Assembly: GCA_003483855.1 (NCBI GenBank)
Contig: DMXP01000002.1
Coordinates: 56,851 to 112,713 of the forward strand
Reading direction: 5' to 3'
Length of the DNA: 55,863 bases
From: Candidatus Yonathbacteria bacterium
GTDB taxonomy: Bacteria; Patescibacteriota; Minisyncoccia; Phycocordibacterales; UBA1550
Shown: in pieces, positions 46,141-55,836 of the stretch
Layout: every line of letters starts with the position of its first letter
Numbering within the stretch: the stretch's first letter is position 1
Made by a program: the position numbers and the translations under genes
The notes under the pieces: model-generated
The model's input: only the letters and a program-made list of their open reading frames with translations
What the model was told of the DNA's origin: nothing
The model's database searches: none

Positions 46141-46589
46141 AACAGTTCATCCACCACCGCCTTTACGTCACCCCCATCTGCTTTACCAGCAAGTTCTTTC
46201 ATAATGGCGCCTGTGAGCTGACCTGCTTTTGATTTGTCCGTAACACCGAATGCTTCTTTTTTTGCAAGCGCGATTTTTTTAATTTCATCACGAGACATGA
46301 GAGGGGGAAGATACTTTTCAAGAATTGCGAGTTCTGCTTTTTCACTGTCCGCAAGCTCTGGGCGTCCGCCGTTGATAAATTGCTCAATGGAATCTTTGCG
46401 TTGATTTGCAAGACGCTTGATGACTTTTAAAACGCCGGCATCATCTAGGGTATCTTGCGGGGTCTTGCCTGTTGCAACAAGCTCATTTGTAAACGCGGAA
46501 ACCATATTGCGCACAACAGAGAGACGCACAGCGTCCTTAGCTTTCATCGCTTCCTTTACTTCACCCTTGATTTGTTCGTGTAGAGACAT
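46137..46589 (-). CDS. GatB/YqeY domain protein
   Basis: AMKAKD, QRKDSIEQF..GGR.EL...E..E...L..YLP. Confidence 0.9.
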   Translation of the reverse strand: MSLHEQIKGEVKEAMKAKDAVRLSVVRNMVSAFTNELVATGKTPQDTLDDAGVLKVIKRLANQRKDSIEQFINGGRPELADSEKAELAILEKYLPPLMSRDEIKKIALAKKEAFGVTDKSKAGQLTGAIMKELAGKADGGDVKAVVDELF

Positions 46590-46742
46590 TGTGAAAAAAT
46601 ATTGTTAGACCAGTTATTTATTCCTTACAGTATACGGTTTTTTTATGGCTTTGCCACCATTGACATATATCTATAATCATGCTAATCTTGAAGGAGATAT
46701 TGTTAGTTATTTCTCAAAAAACACAGATACAGGAGGTATAAA

Positions 46743-47462
46743 ATGTCTGACCAGTCTGGTAGGTTTGTATTCTTATCACGCGATACCGAAATAGAGTTGT
46801 TGAAAAAAGAAATACAGCAACTTCATTTACGATACGAAGATGCGCTTACATCCTTACGTTCTACAATTCTTGAACTCGAGGAATCAAGACGAAGAGCAAG
46901 GATGCTTGAACAGGAGGTAAAGGAAACAAGGAAACTTGCAGTTTACGACAATCTCACAAACCTATTTTCGCGGTATGAGATGGAAGGGCAGATTAACCAC
47001 CATTTTTCGCTTCTTTTACGAGCCGAACATATGATGGAAAAAGGGAAGCTCACTCAAACCGAACCGGAGCATTTTTCGATTTTGTTTATAGACCTTGACG
47101 GCTTCAAGGAAATCAACGATACACATGGGCACCAGTGTGGAGATCGCGCTCTAAGAACTTTCTCTTCCTTGCTCAAACAATCTTTTCGTGAGGCTGACAT
47201 TATATCCCGATGGGGCGGTGATGAATTCGTTGTGTTGCTTCCCGGCGTAAATCGCGAAAAGACTGTAAAGATTATCAGTGTGTTGCAAGACAATCTGACG
47301 AACGTGTCTATCCCTTGCGACGATGGCTCATATATTCCTTTGAGAGCCTCAATCGGGATTGCTTCTACTTCAGAAATAAGCGCGCCACGAACACTCGAAG
47401 AAATGATCAAGCGCGCCGACAATGAAATGTACACAGAAAAAACTAACAATCGTGGAAAATAA
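46743..47462 (+). CDS. Diguanylate cyclase (coiled coil plus GGDEF)
   Basis: D.LT.L, DLDGFK.IND.HGH..GD, RxxD I-site (READ), RWGGDEF, SIG, AD..MY..K; AGGAGG SD. Confidence 0.9.
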   Translation: MSDQSGRFVFLSRDTEIELLKKEIQQLHLRYEDALTSLRSTILELEESRRRARMLEQEVKETRKLAVYDNLTNLFSRYEMEGQINHHFSLLLRAEHMMEKGKLTQTEPEHFSILFIDLDGFKEINDTHGHQCGDRALRTFSSLLKQSFREADIISRWGGDEFVVLLPGVNREKTVKIISVLQDNLTNVSIPCDDGSYIPLRASIGIASTSEISAPRTLEEMIKRADNEMYTEKTNNRGK

Positions 47463-47477
47463 ACAAGATGTTCATTC

Positions 47478-47510
47478 AAATCCCATACGAAATTCGTATG
47501 GGATTTTTTT
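47478..47510 (+). terminator. Intrinsic terminator (14-bp stem, 1-nt centre)
   Basis: AAATCCCATACGAA-A-TTCGTATGGGATTT followed by a T run. Confidence 0.75.
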
Positions 47511-47538
47511 TATGCATCATATGTAGTAGAATGTTTAT

Positions 47539-47736
47539 ATGGAGCAAGAATTTTTAAACCGACTTCAAGCACAGGACGAACTACTGCAAAAGGTGTACAT
47601 TTCAACTGAAAAAACACGCAAATATTTTCTGTGGACTTTTTATGCGACACTTGCGCTTTTTGTACTCCCGCTTGTCGGACTTATGTTTACAATACCGGTG
47701 CTTCTATCTACACTAGGTAGCGCGTACGGATTTTAA
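47539..47736 (+). CDS. Small membrane protein
   Basis: Leaderless-type TAGAAT 6 nt upstream; C-terminal hydrophobic segment; 2-nt gap to rmuC. Confidence 0.65.
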   Translation: MEQEFLNRLQAQDELLQKVYISTEKTRKYFLWTFYATLALFVLPLVGLMFTIPVLLSTLGSAYGF

Positions 47737-47738
47737 CT

Positions 47739-48854
47739 ATGGACTCAATTCTACTCATTTTTATCGGGTTAGCAATAGGCGCAATCGTTGCATTTATTTT
47801 TGTGGCATTTTTGCGAAAGCAAAGCGACGCGAATGCAGAACCGCAAGGCGACGCTTTGATGCTTATTCAAAATCAGCTAGGCAACTTTCAGGCGCAACTC
47901 GGAGATTTTATGAAAACAGTAGACGCAAAAGTCGGCTCTTCAAACAAGGAGATGCAGCAGGCGGTGCATATGCAGTTTAGCGAATCCCAAAAACTCATTC
48001 GCGAAATCAACGAACAAGTAGAAAGAAATCTTTCAAACGTTGCAAAAGAAATGACGACTGCAAATGAAACAAGCAAGCAAGTTTTGGGTATCACAGACCA
48101 GCTTCAAAATCTTGAAAAAGTTCTCACTCATCAAAAACAAAGGGGTAACTTGGGCGAGGCGGCGCTTGAACTCATTCTTTCAAATATTTTGCCACCGACA
48201 GCGTATAAGCTTCAGTATCAGTTCAAAAGTGGAGAAACAGTTGATGCCGTTATAATTACAAAAGACGGAATGATTCCCGTGGACGCAAAGTTTTCTCTTG
48301 ATAATTACAATAGAGTTGTAAATGAAACTGACGGAGCGCGCAAAGAGGAATTGGAAAAAGATTTTAGAAGCGATCTTAAAAAACGTATTGATGAAACTGC
48401 AAAATACGTTCGTCCATCCGAAGGAACACTTCCGTTTGCTTTTATGTTTATTCCCGCGGAGGGGATTTATTATGACCTTCTTGTAAATGAAGTTGGCGCT
48501 GTGAAGGTAAACACTAGGAGCCTCATCGACTACGCGACCAACGAAAAGAAAGTGATTATAGTTTCGCCGACGACTTTTTCCGCATATTTGCAGTCAGTGC
48601 TTTATGGTTTTCGCGCATTCAAGATTGAGGAGTCTGCACAGCTCATTATTGGCCGTGTGGAGGAGCTCCGCAAGCACCTTGTTGCTTACGAGGATTATAT
48701 GAAAAAGTTGGGAAGCACCCTTGGCACAACTGTAAATCATTACAATACGGCCTACAAAGAGCTTAAAAAGGTGGACAAAGATATGGTAAAGATTACAGGC
48801 GAGACGGCAAGCATCGATCCTCTCCTCATTGAAAAACCTGCGATTGAGGAATAA
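47739..48854 (+). CDS. rmuC: DNA recombination protein RmuC
   Basis: N-terminal TM helix, coiled coil, RGNLGE, VDA.I, IPVDAKFS, FMFIPAEG.Y, VSPTT. Confidence 0.9.
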   Translation: MDSILLIFIGLAIGAIVAFIFVAFLRKQSDANAEPQGDALMLIQNQLGNFQAQLGDFMKTVDAKVGSSNKEMQQAVHMQFSESQKLIREINEQVERNLSNVAKEMTTANETSKQVLGITDQLQNLEKVLTHQKQRGNLGEAALELILSNILPPTAYKLQYQFKSGETVDAVIITKDGMIPVDAKFSLDNYNRVVNETDGARKEELEKDFRSDLKKRIDETAKYVRPSEGTLPFAFMFIPAEGIYYDLLVNEVGAVKVNTRSLIDYATNEKKVIIVSPTTFSAYLQSVLYGFRAFKIEESAQLIIGRVEELRKHLVAYEDYMKKLGSTLGTTVNHYNTAYKELKKVDKDMVKITGETASIDPLLIEKPAIEE

Positions 48855-48906
48855 AAATATCCCTCCTTCATTTTCATTTCATTATTCTTAATCTCTATTT
48901 TGTGGC

Positions 48907-48945
48907 AAAAAAAAAACCCGAAACGCAAGGGGGGAGCGTCTCGGG
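48907..48945 (-). terminator. Intrinsic terminator on the minus strand
   Basis: Minus strand CCCGAGACGC-loop-GCGTTTCGGG followed by T10. Confidence 0.8.
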
Positions 48946-49116
48946 GTGGTCATATTATCCCATTGTGGTAAAAAGTGGGGACCTAAGGGTGCATCATATG
49001 GATCTGTCACAAGAGAGAGGGGAGTCATACTCAACCCGTACCTCAAAAGCTAATCTCCACATGATAGGATTTTCCTTTAGCCTCGGGAGGGTGAGGCATC
49101 AGGTCATCCTAGGCCA

Positions 49117-49145
49117 AACATAACAAAAAAGCGTTGTTTTGTCAA
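49117..49145 (-). promoter_or_regulatory. Sigma70-type promoter, minus strand
   Basis: TTGACA-N17-TATGTT pointing toward the terminator at 48907-48945. Confidence 0.6.
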
Positions 49146-49149
49146 GGGA

Positions 49150-49190
49150 ATCCTCCTCCCACAGATGTCGGACCTCTGTGGGAGGAGGAT
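49150..49190. repeat. 16-bp perfect inverted repeat between divergent promoters
   Basis: ATCCTCCTCCCACAGA-TGTCGGACC-TCTGTGGGAGGAGGAT. Confidence 0.85.
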
Positions 49191-49232
49191 AGGGCTTGCA
49201 TTTCGTTTTATTTAGTGTAGAATACGGGGACT

Positions 49233-49550
49233 ATGAATTTTGCAGTAATACAGACAGGTGGCAAGCAATACAAGGTCGCTCCGGGCGAAACCCTCCTTAT
49301 TGAGAAGCTCCCTGGAGAGCCTAAAGTTGGAGACAAAATCGTCTTTGACCAGGTTCTTCTTGTAAACGACGGCTCAAAGACCCTCGTTGGCGCGCCAGTG
49401 GTTACAGGCGCCTCAGTACACGCAACCCTCGCAGAGGAAGGACGTGGCAAGAAGGTGATTGTCATCCGCTACCGCAACAAGTCCCGCTACTTCAAGAAAA
49501 ACGGACATCGTCAGCCTTTTATGAAGGTAACGATTGACGCGATTAAGTAA
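49233..49550 (+). CDS. rplU: 50S ribosomal protein L21
   Basis: AVIQTGGKQYKV, K.IVIRYRNK, GHRQPF. Confidence 0.96.
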   Translation: MNFAVIQTGGKQYKVAPGETLLIEKLPGEPKVGDKIVFDQVLLVNDGSKTLVGAPVVTGASVHATLAEEGRGKKVIVIRYRNKSRYFKKNGHRQPFMKVTIDAIK

Positions 49551-49560
49551 CTCTTTGGAT

Positions 49561-49654
49561 AGAATATCGAATTTTGAATGTTGAATTTAGAATAGGGTTA
49601 GTTGCCTACGGCAACTAACCCTATTCTCACATCATTCCATATTCTATATTCTAT
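49561..49654. repeat. Heptamer-flanked palindromic repeat, copy B
   Basis: AGAATATCGAATTTTGAAT start (18/19 to 7631-7649), core GTTGCCTACGGCAAC (49601-49615), ATTC heptamer arm. Confidence 0.8.
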
Positions 49655-50283
49655 CCACGATTCTTTAGCGCGTGGCGGAGGGTATCGCCGTCGGAATACT
49701 CAAGCTCGGTGCCTGTGGAAAGCCCGCGACCAAGAGTGGTGATGGTGATGCCAAGCTGTCCTGCGAGAGGAGTGAGAGCCTTCGAAACATAATCGCGCGT
49801 AAAATCTCCTTCTGGATTCACAGATAGAGCAAGAATTATCTCTGTTAGTCCATCGGTTGCCGAACCTTCAATCCGTTCCAAAAGCTCACGAATACGAATC
49901 TTTGAAGCAGGATCTTTTTCAAGAACAGGAATGGTGCCACCTAGTATAAAGTATCTCCCCGCGTAGCTACCGCTCCTACGCACGCTGTCAAAGTCGGTGT
50001 CCTTTTCTACAACCATAAGAGTCGCGCTGTCTGCGTCATCCACGCACACGGAACATAGTCCACGTCCAAGACGCGAATCTGCTGATTCGCCAACGCGAGG
50101 ATAAAAACGAAAACACGAGGTGCATTGTGTAATATTTTTCTGAAGTTCTGAAATTTCCTTAGCAAGAGTATCAACAAAACTCGGATTTTGGGCAAGCAGA
50201 AAATAAACGAAACGCTTTGCCTGGCGTGTTCCAATACCTGGGAATTTCATAAACAATTGCGCAAGTGTATCAATGTTGCTCAT
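49651..50283 (-). CDS. recR: Recombination protein RecR
   Basis: FPGIG.RQAKR, C..C...C..C, Toprim Y.G.YFILGG, N.EGD, TTLGRGL..G.ELEY.D..TL. Confidence 0.95.
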   Translation of the reverse strand: MSNIDTLAQLFMKFPGIGTRQAKRFVYFLLAQNPSFVDTLAKEISELQKNITQCTSCFRFYPRVGESADSRLGRGLCSVCVDDADSATLMVVEKDTDFDSVRRSGSYAGRYFILGGTIPVLEKDPASKIRIRELLERIEGSATDGLTEIILALSVNPEGDFTRDYVSKALTPLAGQLGITITTLGRGLSTGTELEYSDGDTLRHALKNRG

Positions 50284-50292
50284 TTTGGAAAA

Positions 50293-51696
50293 TTAGAACT
50301 CTTCAAAATCTCCTCCAGCATGACGGGTTACACCATTATACTCGTGGTTTTTATCAATCGACATAAATGTTGATTTTTCCTCGTCAAAGTAAAGTTTAAT
50401 AGCTCCAACCGGCCCGTTTCTGTGCTTTTCTACGATAATTTCAGCAACATTTGTTTTTTCGGCATTTTTATCCATCTTATCCTCGCGGTGGATAAACATC
50501 ACCACATCAGCATCTTGCTCAATAGAACCAGAGTCACGAAGGTCAGACAACTTCGGCTTGCCCCCACGAGACTCAAGCGCTCGAGAAAGCTGAGATAATG
50601 CAATCACTGGGACATCAAGATCCTTTGCTAGCCCCTTGAGTGAGTGCGAAATTTCTGTAACTTGGTTCACCATAGAGTCGTAATGACGCGCGGTGTTCAT
50701 AAGCTGAAGATAGTCCACTATAATTAGCCCGAGCCCGTGCTCGCTCTTCAGCTTTCGCGCAGCAGAACGCATTTTCATAATAGTATTACCAGATTGGTCG
50801 TCAATAAAAATAGGCGCCTTTGAAAGTCTATCGAGAGAGTTGCGAAGTTTGTCAAAGTCCTCATCTAGTGATAGCTTTCCTGTTCGAAGCTTCCATGCAT
50901 TCACGCGCGCTTCCGCAGAAAGCATTCTGTCTACTAACTGTTGAGTATTCATTTCTAGTGAAAAAATACCAACAGGGATATTGTGATGGACTGCCGCCTG
51001 ACGCGCGATATCCAAGGCGAGCGTTGTTTTACCCATAGATGGGCGCGCAGCGAGAATAATAAGGTCTGACTTTTGAAAACCTGACAGAAGTGTGTCTAAC
51101 TCAGCAAAACCAGACGGGACACCGCGAAGCTCACCTCCAGTTTTGTGCATTTTATCCAAACGTTCCCACGCTTCTTCTAGAGTATCCTTGAGTCCAATAA
51201 ATTTTTTACTAACACTAGAGTTCGTGACAGAATATATTTTCTTTTCTGCTTCGTCTAACACATTTTCAATTTGCTCAACTTCATTATAGCCAAGCTCTGA
51301 AATGTGCGCGGCTGCATCAATGAGTGTGCGTAAAATATATTTTCGCTGAATGATTTCAGCGTAATGCTTTGCGTTTGTAGAAGAGGGAACAGAGTCCACG
51401 AGCTCAGTAAGGTAGCTACCACCGCCAATATTGTCAAACTTGCCACGCTCCTTGAGGCGCGTAGACACAGAAAGTAGATCGATGGGCTCATGCCTTGTGT
51501 GGAGCTCGAGCATAGCGTCAAATACCATGCGGTGTTTGTCCACATAAAAGGTTTCGCGAGTCACCATATCTGCCACGTCGTACATTCCGTCCGGACGGAG
51601 CATAAGGGAGCCAAGTAGAGCTTTTTCAGAATCAATGTTCTGTGGAGGAATCCTGAGCTCATGCGTCTTGAATTGTCTGTTTTTAACATCTGCCAT
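50293..51696 (-). CDS. dnaB: Replicative DNA helicase
   Basis: PPQNIDSE, AARPSMGKT, FSLEM, IVDYLQL, LSQLSR, LSDLRDSGSIEQDAD, KHRNG. Confidence 0.97.
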   Translation of the reverse strand: MADVKNRQFKTHELRIPPQNIDSEKALLGSLMLRPDGMYDVADMVTRETFYVDKHRMVFDAMLELHTRHEPIDLLSVSTRLKERGKFDNIGGGSYLTELVDSVPSSTNAKHYAEIIQRKYILRTLIDAAAHISELGYNEVEQIENVLDEAEKKIYSVTNSSVSKKFIGLKDTLEEAWERLDKMHKTGGELRGVPSGFAELDTLLSGFQKSDLIILAARPSMGKTTLALDIARQAAVHHNIPVGIFSLEMNTQQLVDRMLSAEARVNAWKLRTGKLSLDEDFDKLRNSLDRLSKAPIFIDDQSGNTIMKMRSAARKLKSEHGLGLIIVDYLQLMNTARHYDSMVNQVTEISHSLKGLAKDLDVPVIALSQLSRALESRGGKPKLSDLRDSGSIEQDADVVMFIHREDKMDKNAEKTNVAEIIVEKHRNGPVGAIKLYFDEEKSTFMSIDKNHEYNGVTRHAGGDFEEF

Positions 51697-51842
51697 AAAG
51701 GCTATCTTAGCATGAGAATACTACGTTCGGAACCTTAGTCTGTGGGCAAAACAGGGGAAAAGAGGTGGACAAGGGCAGAATGTAGAATTAGCGTCCAAGA
51801 GTCTACGGCCAAGCCGTGAAATCTGCTGATTCAGAATTTGCT

Positions 51843-51930
51843 AATTCAAGAATGTAGAATTAATCAACAAAAAACCGCTTTTTTTGGCGGGTTCTTGTTG
51901 ACATTCAATATTCAATATTCAATATTCTAG
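51843..51930. repeat. Heptamer-flanked hairpin, copy D, overlapping the cysS stop
   Basis: CAAGAAT-GTAGAAT arm, CAACAAAAAACCGC/GCGGGTTCTTGTTG hairpin, (ATTCAAT)x3 at 51903-51923. Confidence 0.7.
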
Positions 51931-53257
51931 ATATCTTAGGACCTTTATCGGTGTCTTCAATGGTCCAACCAAGAGAATTAATTTCATCGCGTATTTTGTC
52001 GGATTTTACCCAATCCTCGTTTTCGCGCGCTTCTTCGCGTGATTTAGCAAGCGCATTGATATGAGTTGGGATAGTTTCCTTTTTGCGAGTCGCAAGCCCT
52101 AATCCAAACACGCGGTCAAAGTCTAAAAGCGTCGCGGTTTTGTCTGCAGGAGAGAGAGATGCGTCTTTTGCAACCTCCCACACTAGGGCAAGAGCGCGTG
52201 GCGTATCCAAATCCTGTGTTACAAAATCTCGGAAACGCTCTTGATAATCCTTGTTTACAGAACCAACTTCCTCCCCTATATGCTCTGTGAGTTTTCTTAG
52301 AGCATTTTGCGCGCCTTCCAGCGCTTCAAATGTAAAATTAAGTTTTGAACGATAGTGAGCCCCTATCACAAAGTATCTATAGGCAAGTGGTGAAAAACCG
52401 CTTTCTGTTATTGTCTTTAGTGTCGTGTAGTTTCCTAGGGACTTGGACATTTTTTGTCCGTCAACCATCACATGCTCATTATGAAGCCATATTTTCACAA
52501 ATGGTTTTCCGTTGAATGCTTCTGACTGCGCTATTTCATTTGTGTGATGTGGAAAAATAAGATCTACTCCGCCAGTGTGGATGTCTATTGTATCGCCTAA
52601 AGTATCTCGCGCCATTTCGGAGCACTCTATGTGCCACCCAGGGCGCCCACGCCCAAACGAGGCATCGTATGCGTTGCCGTAGTCATCGGACGTTTCAAAT
52701 TTCCATAAAGCAAAATCACGAGGGGATTTTTTATCCAACGCGCCCTCCACGCGCGATTCTGTCTCGGCGTCCATGTCCAGATGCGCGAGATCGCCGTAAT
52801 TTTTTGCCTTTGCGACCTCAAAATAAATACCGTCGGACGCTTTGTACGCAAACCCTTCACGCAAAAGTTTTTCTATCATCACGACCATACCGCCAATATG
52901 ATTAGTGGCGTGAGGCATTTTATGTGGAGTGAGAACATTTAATGATTTAAGGTCAGCGAAAAGAAAATTTTCATATTCCAGTCCTAGCGCGTGAATAGAA
53001 ATACCCTGCTCATTCGCGCGCGCGATCATTTTGTCGTCAATATCAGTAATGTTCATCACTTGCCTTACATCATGTCCTGTATATTCAAGTACGCGACGAA
53101 GCACGTCGTTTACAACAAACGAACGTAAGTTGCCGATATGCGCGAAGCCGTACACAGTAGGACCGCAGTTGTACATCCGCACCTCTCGGTCGTGAATAGG
53201 CTCCAATTTTTCAATAGAGCGAGTAAGTGTATTAAAAAGTTTAAGGTAGTGGTTCAT
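51905..53257 (-). CDS. cysS: Cysteine--tRNA ligase
   Basis: MYNCGPTVY..AHIGN, NITDIDDK, DFALWK, GRPGWHIECS, HTGGVDL.FPHH.NE, KMSKS. Confidence 0.97.
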   Translation of the reverse strand: MNHYLKLFNTLTRSIEKLEPIHDREVRMYNCGPTVYGFAHIGNLRSFVVNDVLRRVLEYTGHDVRQVMNITDIDDKMIARANEQGISIHALGLEYENFLFADLKSLNVLTPHKMPHATNHIGGMVVMIEKLLREGFAYKASDGIYFEVAKAKNYGDLAHLDMDAETESRVEGALDKKSPRDFALWKFETSDDYGNAYDASFGRGRPGWHIECSEMARDTLGDTIDIHTGGVDLIFPHHTNEIAQSEAFNGKPFVKIWLHNEHVMVDGQKMSKSLGNYTTLKTITESGFSPLAYRYFVIGAHYRSKLNFTFEALEGAQNALRKLTEHIGEEVGSVNKDYQERFRDFVTQDLDTPRALALVWEVAKDASLSPADKTATLLDFDRVFGLGLATRKKETIPTHINALAKSREEARENEDWVKSDKIRDEINSLGWTIEDTDKGPKISRILNIEY

Positions 53258-53425
53258 GTTTAATGTATGATTAAATACCAAAACTTCTTGCGAACATTAT
53301 GAAGTGGGAGGAGGCATATCGTGATACGTCGACAAACACTGAATAATTTGTAGCAGAAATTTTGGCATTTTGGCAGGCAGGCAGTTCTCTCTTCATGCGA
53401 TTGTGGTTAAACATGGATCACGACA

Positions 53426-54340
53426 TCAGAACCATTTACGAATCTTAAAGAATAGGGCGAGTATAATTCCCAATATTGCCATCCCAGAAAGGATCATCCA
53501 GAAGGCATTTGGGTTATCAAGAATCGGCGTGCCGAGAGCTCCGATCTGGAAAAGCCCACCAATAAACGAAAGAGGGAGAAATATAAATGACAATACGGTC
53601 AATAGCTTCATTATGTCGTTCGTCTTTGTGGTGAGCAGAGAGTCGTTTGTGTCGCGAATGTCAAGCACGGTCTCGCGGTGCCCGTCTAAAATTGAGGAAA
53701 CCTTATAAAACTCACCGACGATAGTTCTCAGATAATACGCAAAATCTTGTCCAAAGAATTTTGTTCCTGCAAGTTCAAATGATTCAAGAACCTCCTTGTG
53801 CGGACGAATAATTTGTTTGAAATTCAAAAGGTCGCGGTTGAGATGCGAGATAGAGCTTACCATTTCGCGCTCGTTTCCACTAAAGATTTTTGCTTGTATT
53901 TCAAAGAAATCCTGATTGATGTGGTCAAGTTCTGTGTCCATCAATTTGTAGAGGTCCTTCAAAATATAGAAAAGAATAAATCCAGCATGATCGCCAATAT
54001 TTGATTTATCTAAAATTGAATTCACCTCAAACACCTTTGAAAATTCATGAAGTTGGTCTATGTGATCGTAGTGAGCAGTTATGATAAACTTTTTGCCGAT
54101 AATGAAGTCAATCTCCTGATCCTCTCCGCCATCGTGCTTGTGAGAAATGGTTGGGAAGTGCAATATTAGGTAAATGAAGTTATGATATAGGTCTACTTTT
54201 GGGCGAAGCGTCGGCCCCAAGAGCTCGTCAGCAACAAGCGGGTGAATATCAAACTCCTCCATCAGTGTTCGAACTTCCTCTTGTGTTGGCGACTGCACGT
54301 CAACCCAAACGAGGTCCTTGTATTTGTATCTTGAAATCAT
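53426..54340 (-). CDS. corA: CorA-family divalent cation transporter
   Basis: WVDVQSPT, RPKVD..Y.N, TNDIMK.LT, two C-terminal TM helices; GMN signature degenerate (GGLFQI). Confidence 0.85.
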   Translation of the reverse strand: MISRYKYKDLVWVDVQSPTQEEVRTLMEEFDIHPLVADELLGPTLRPKVDLYHNFIYLILHFPTISHKHDGGEDQEIDFIIGKKFIITAHYDHIDQLHEFSKVFEVNSILDKSNIGDHAGFILFYILKDLYKLMDTELDHINQDFFEIQAKIFSGNEREMVSSISHLNRDLLNFKQIIRPHKEVLESFELAGTKFFGQDFAYYLRTIVGEFYKVSSILDGHRETVLDIRDTNDSLLTTKTNDIMKLLTVLSFIFLPLSFIGGLFQIGALGTPILDNPNAFWMILSGMAILGIILALFFKIRKWF

Positions 54341-54603
54341 GTTAAATATTCTACCATTTCAACATTCACGAATCAACAGGTTCGCATCTTGGATACTATT
54401 CAATATTAAATAGCGACACGACCCCACAATGTACGTATAATATACTATTCTCAAATAAGTGAGAGAAATACAAACACGGAGTTTGTATTTCTGAGCGAAC
54501 GCAGAGAATATTGTACCCAGTTATATCGGACAAATACGTACATAGGGGGAATATTTACTCAACATGTTTGACCAGACCCTCAACTTTTGCGATACTACAG
54601 AAG

Positions 54604-55836
54604 ATGAAACTTAAAATACCTGTTAGCAAGCCATTTATTATCGCAATTTCAGTTATTGCGCTCGTGGGGGCGTATAGTCTGGGTATCCAATCTGGGCTGG
54701 AAAAATCCGCGGTCACAAATGCTTCAAAAAACACGATAGCAACGTCCTCAGATATTTTGGACCTCGCGCCTTTTTGGAAAACCATTGAGACGCTCAACGA
54801 GCGATTTGTCGCAACAACTGCTTCTTCGTCTGCTCCTACAAACAAGGAAAAAGTGTACGGAGCAATAGAAGGCCTCACAGCATCATACGGCGACCCATAC
54901 ACTATTTTTTTTCCACCAAAGGAGACGACGGCTTTTGAGGAGGAGGTGCGCGGAAGTTTTGAAGGTGTTGGAATGGAAATAGCGATTAAAGACAAAGTAC
55001 TCACAGTTGTGGCTCCTCTAAAAAACACGCCCGCAGAACGAGCAGGGATTCAACCAGGCGATCAGATTTTGAAAATTGACAAGCTCTACACTGGCGGAAT
55101 GACAGTAGAGGAAGCAATCAAACATATTCGCGGGCCACGCGGAACGACAGTTACGCTCGCTATAAAACGAAACGGTGGAATTGAGGATATCAAAGTGACT
55201 CGCGATGTCATTAATATTCCAACAATAGACACGAAGCTTCGCGATGACGGCGTGTTTGTAATCTCTCTCTACAATTTCTCCGCAAACTCCGCAAGCCTCT
55301 TCCGCGATGCGCTTCGCGAGTTTATTCAGTCTGATTCTGACAAGCTTGTGCTTGACCTTCGCAATAACCCTGGTGGATATCTAGAGTCCGCTGTTGATAT
55401 GGCAAGCTTCTTCCTTCCATTAGGCAAAACAGTAGTCATTGAAGACTCTGGCGCGAGTGTAAAACAAAAAGCAGAGAGAAGCGCGGGTTATGATGTGTTT
55501 ACTGAAAACCTAAAAATGGTGATTATTATCAACGAAGGCTCGGCGTCAGCATCTGAAATTCTCGCAGGAGCTCTCCACGAGCACGGCATAGCAAAGCTTG
55601 TCGGTGAAAAAAGTTTTGGAAAAGGTTCGGTGCAAGAGCTTATTGAAATCACGTCAGAAACCTCGCTCAAAGTTACTATAGCTCGTTGGCTCACTCCAAA
55701 AGGTAAATCAATTTCTGAAAATGGACTTGAACCAGATGTAAAGATAGAACTAACTGAAAAGGATATTGAGAAGAAACTTGACCCGCAAATGGACAAGGCG
55801 GTCGCGATGTTATTGGACCCAGCATTTAAACGCTAA
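54604..55836 (+). CDS. ctpA: S41 family C-terminal processing protease with PDZ
   Basis: GDPYT, FEGVGMEI, PAERAGI..GD, LDLRNNPGG, SASASEI, SFGKGSVQ. Confidence 0.93.
   Translation: MKLKIPVSKPFIIAISVIALVGAYSLGIQSGLEKSAVTNASKNTIATSSDILDLAPFWKTIETLNERFVATTASSSAPTNKEKVYGAIEGLTASYGDPYTIFFPPKETTAFEEEVRGSFEGVGMEIAIKDKVLTVVAPLKNTPAERAGIQPGDQILKIDKLYTGGMTVEEAIKHIRGPRGTTVTLAIKRNGGIEDIKVTRDVINIPTIDTKLRDDGVFVISLYNFSANSASLFRDALREFIQSDSDKLVLDLRNNPGGYLESAVDMASFFLPLGKTVVIEDSGASVKQKAERSAGYDVFTENLKMVIIINEGSASASEILAGALHEHGIAKLVGEKSFGKGSVQELIEITSETSLKVTIARWLTPKGKSISENGLEPDVKIELTEKDIEKKLDPQMDKAVAMLLDPAFKR

Noticed and set aside
48902-49123. 73-aa plus-strand ORF from the track
   Set aside because: GTG start within a poly-A terminator tract, no SD or promoter; the signals point to minus-strand transcription.
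51903-51930. CRISPR-like array from the (ATTCAAT)n repeats
   Set aside because: 7-bp tandem units with no spacers and no cas genes; no CRISPR array was seen anywhere in the window.
54544-54613. AGGGGG motif followed by a 16-aa ORF upstream of ctpA
   Set aside because: SD-to-ATG spacing is about 13 nt and the ORF is very short and overlaps the ctpA start; insufficient support.
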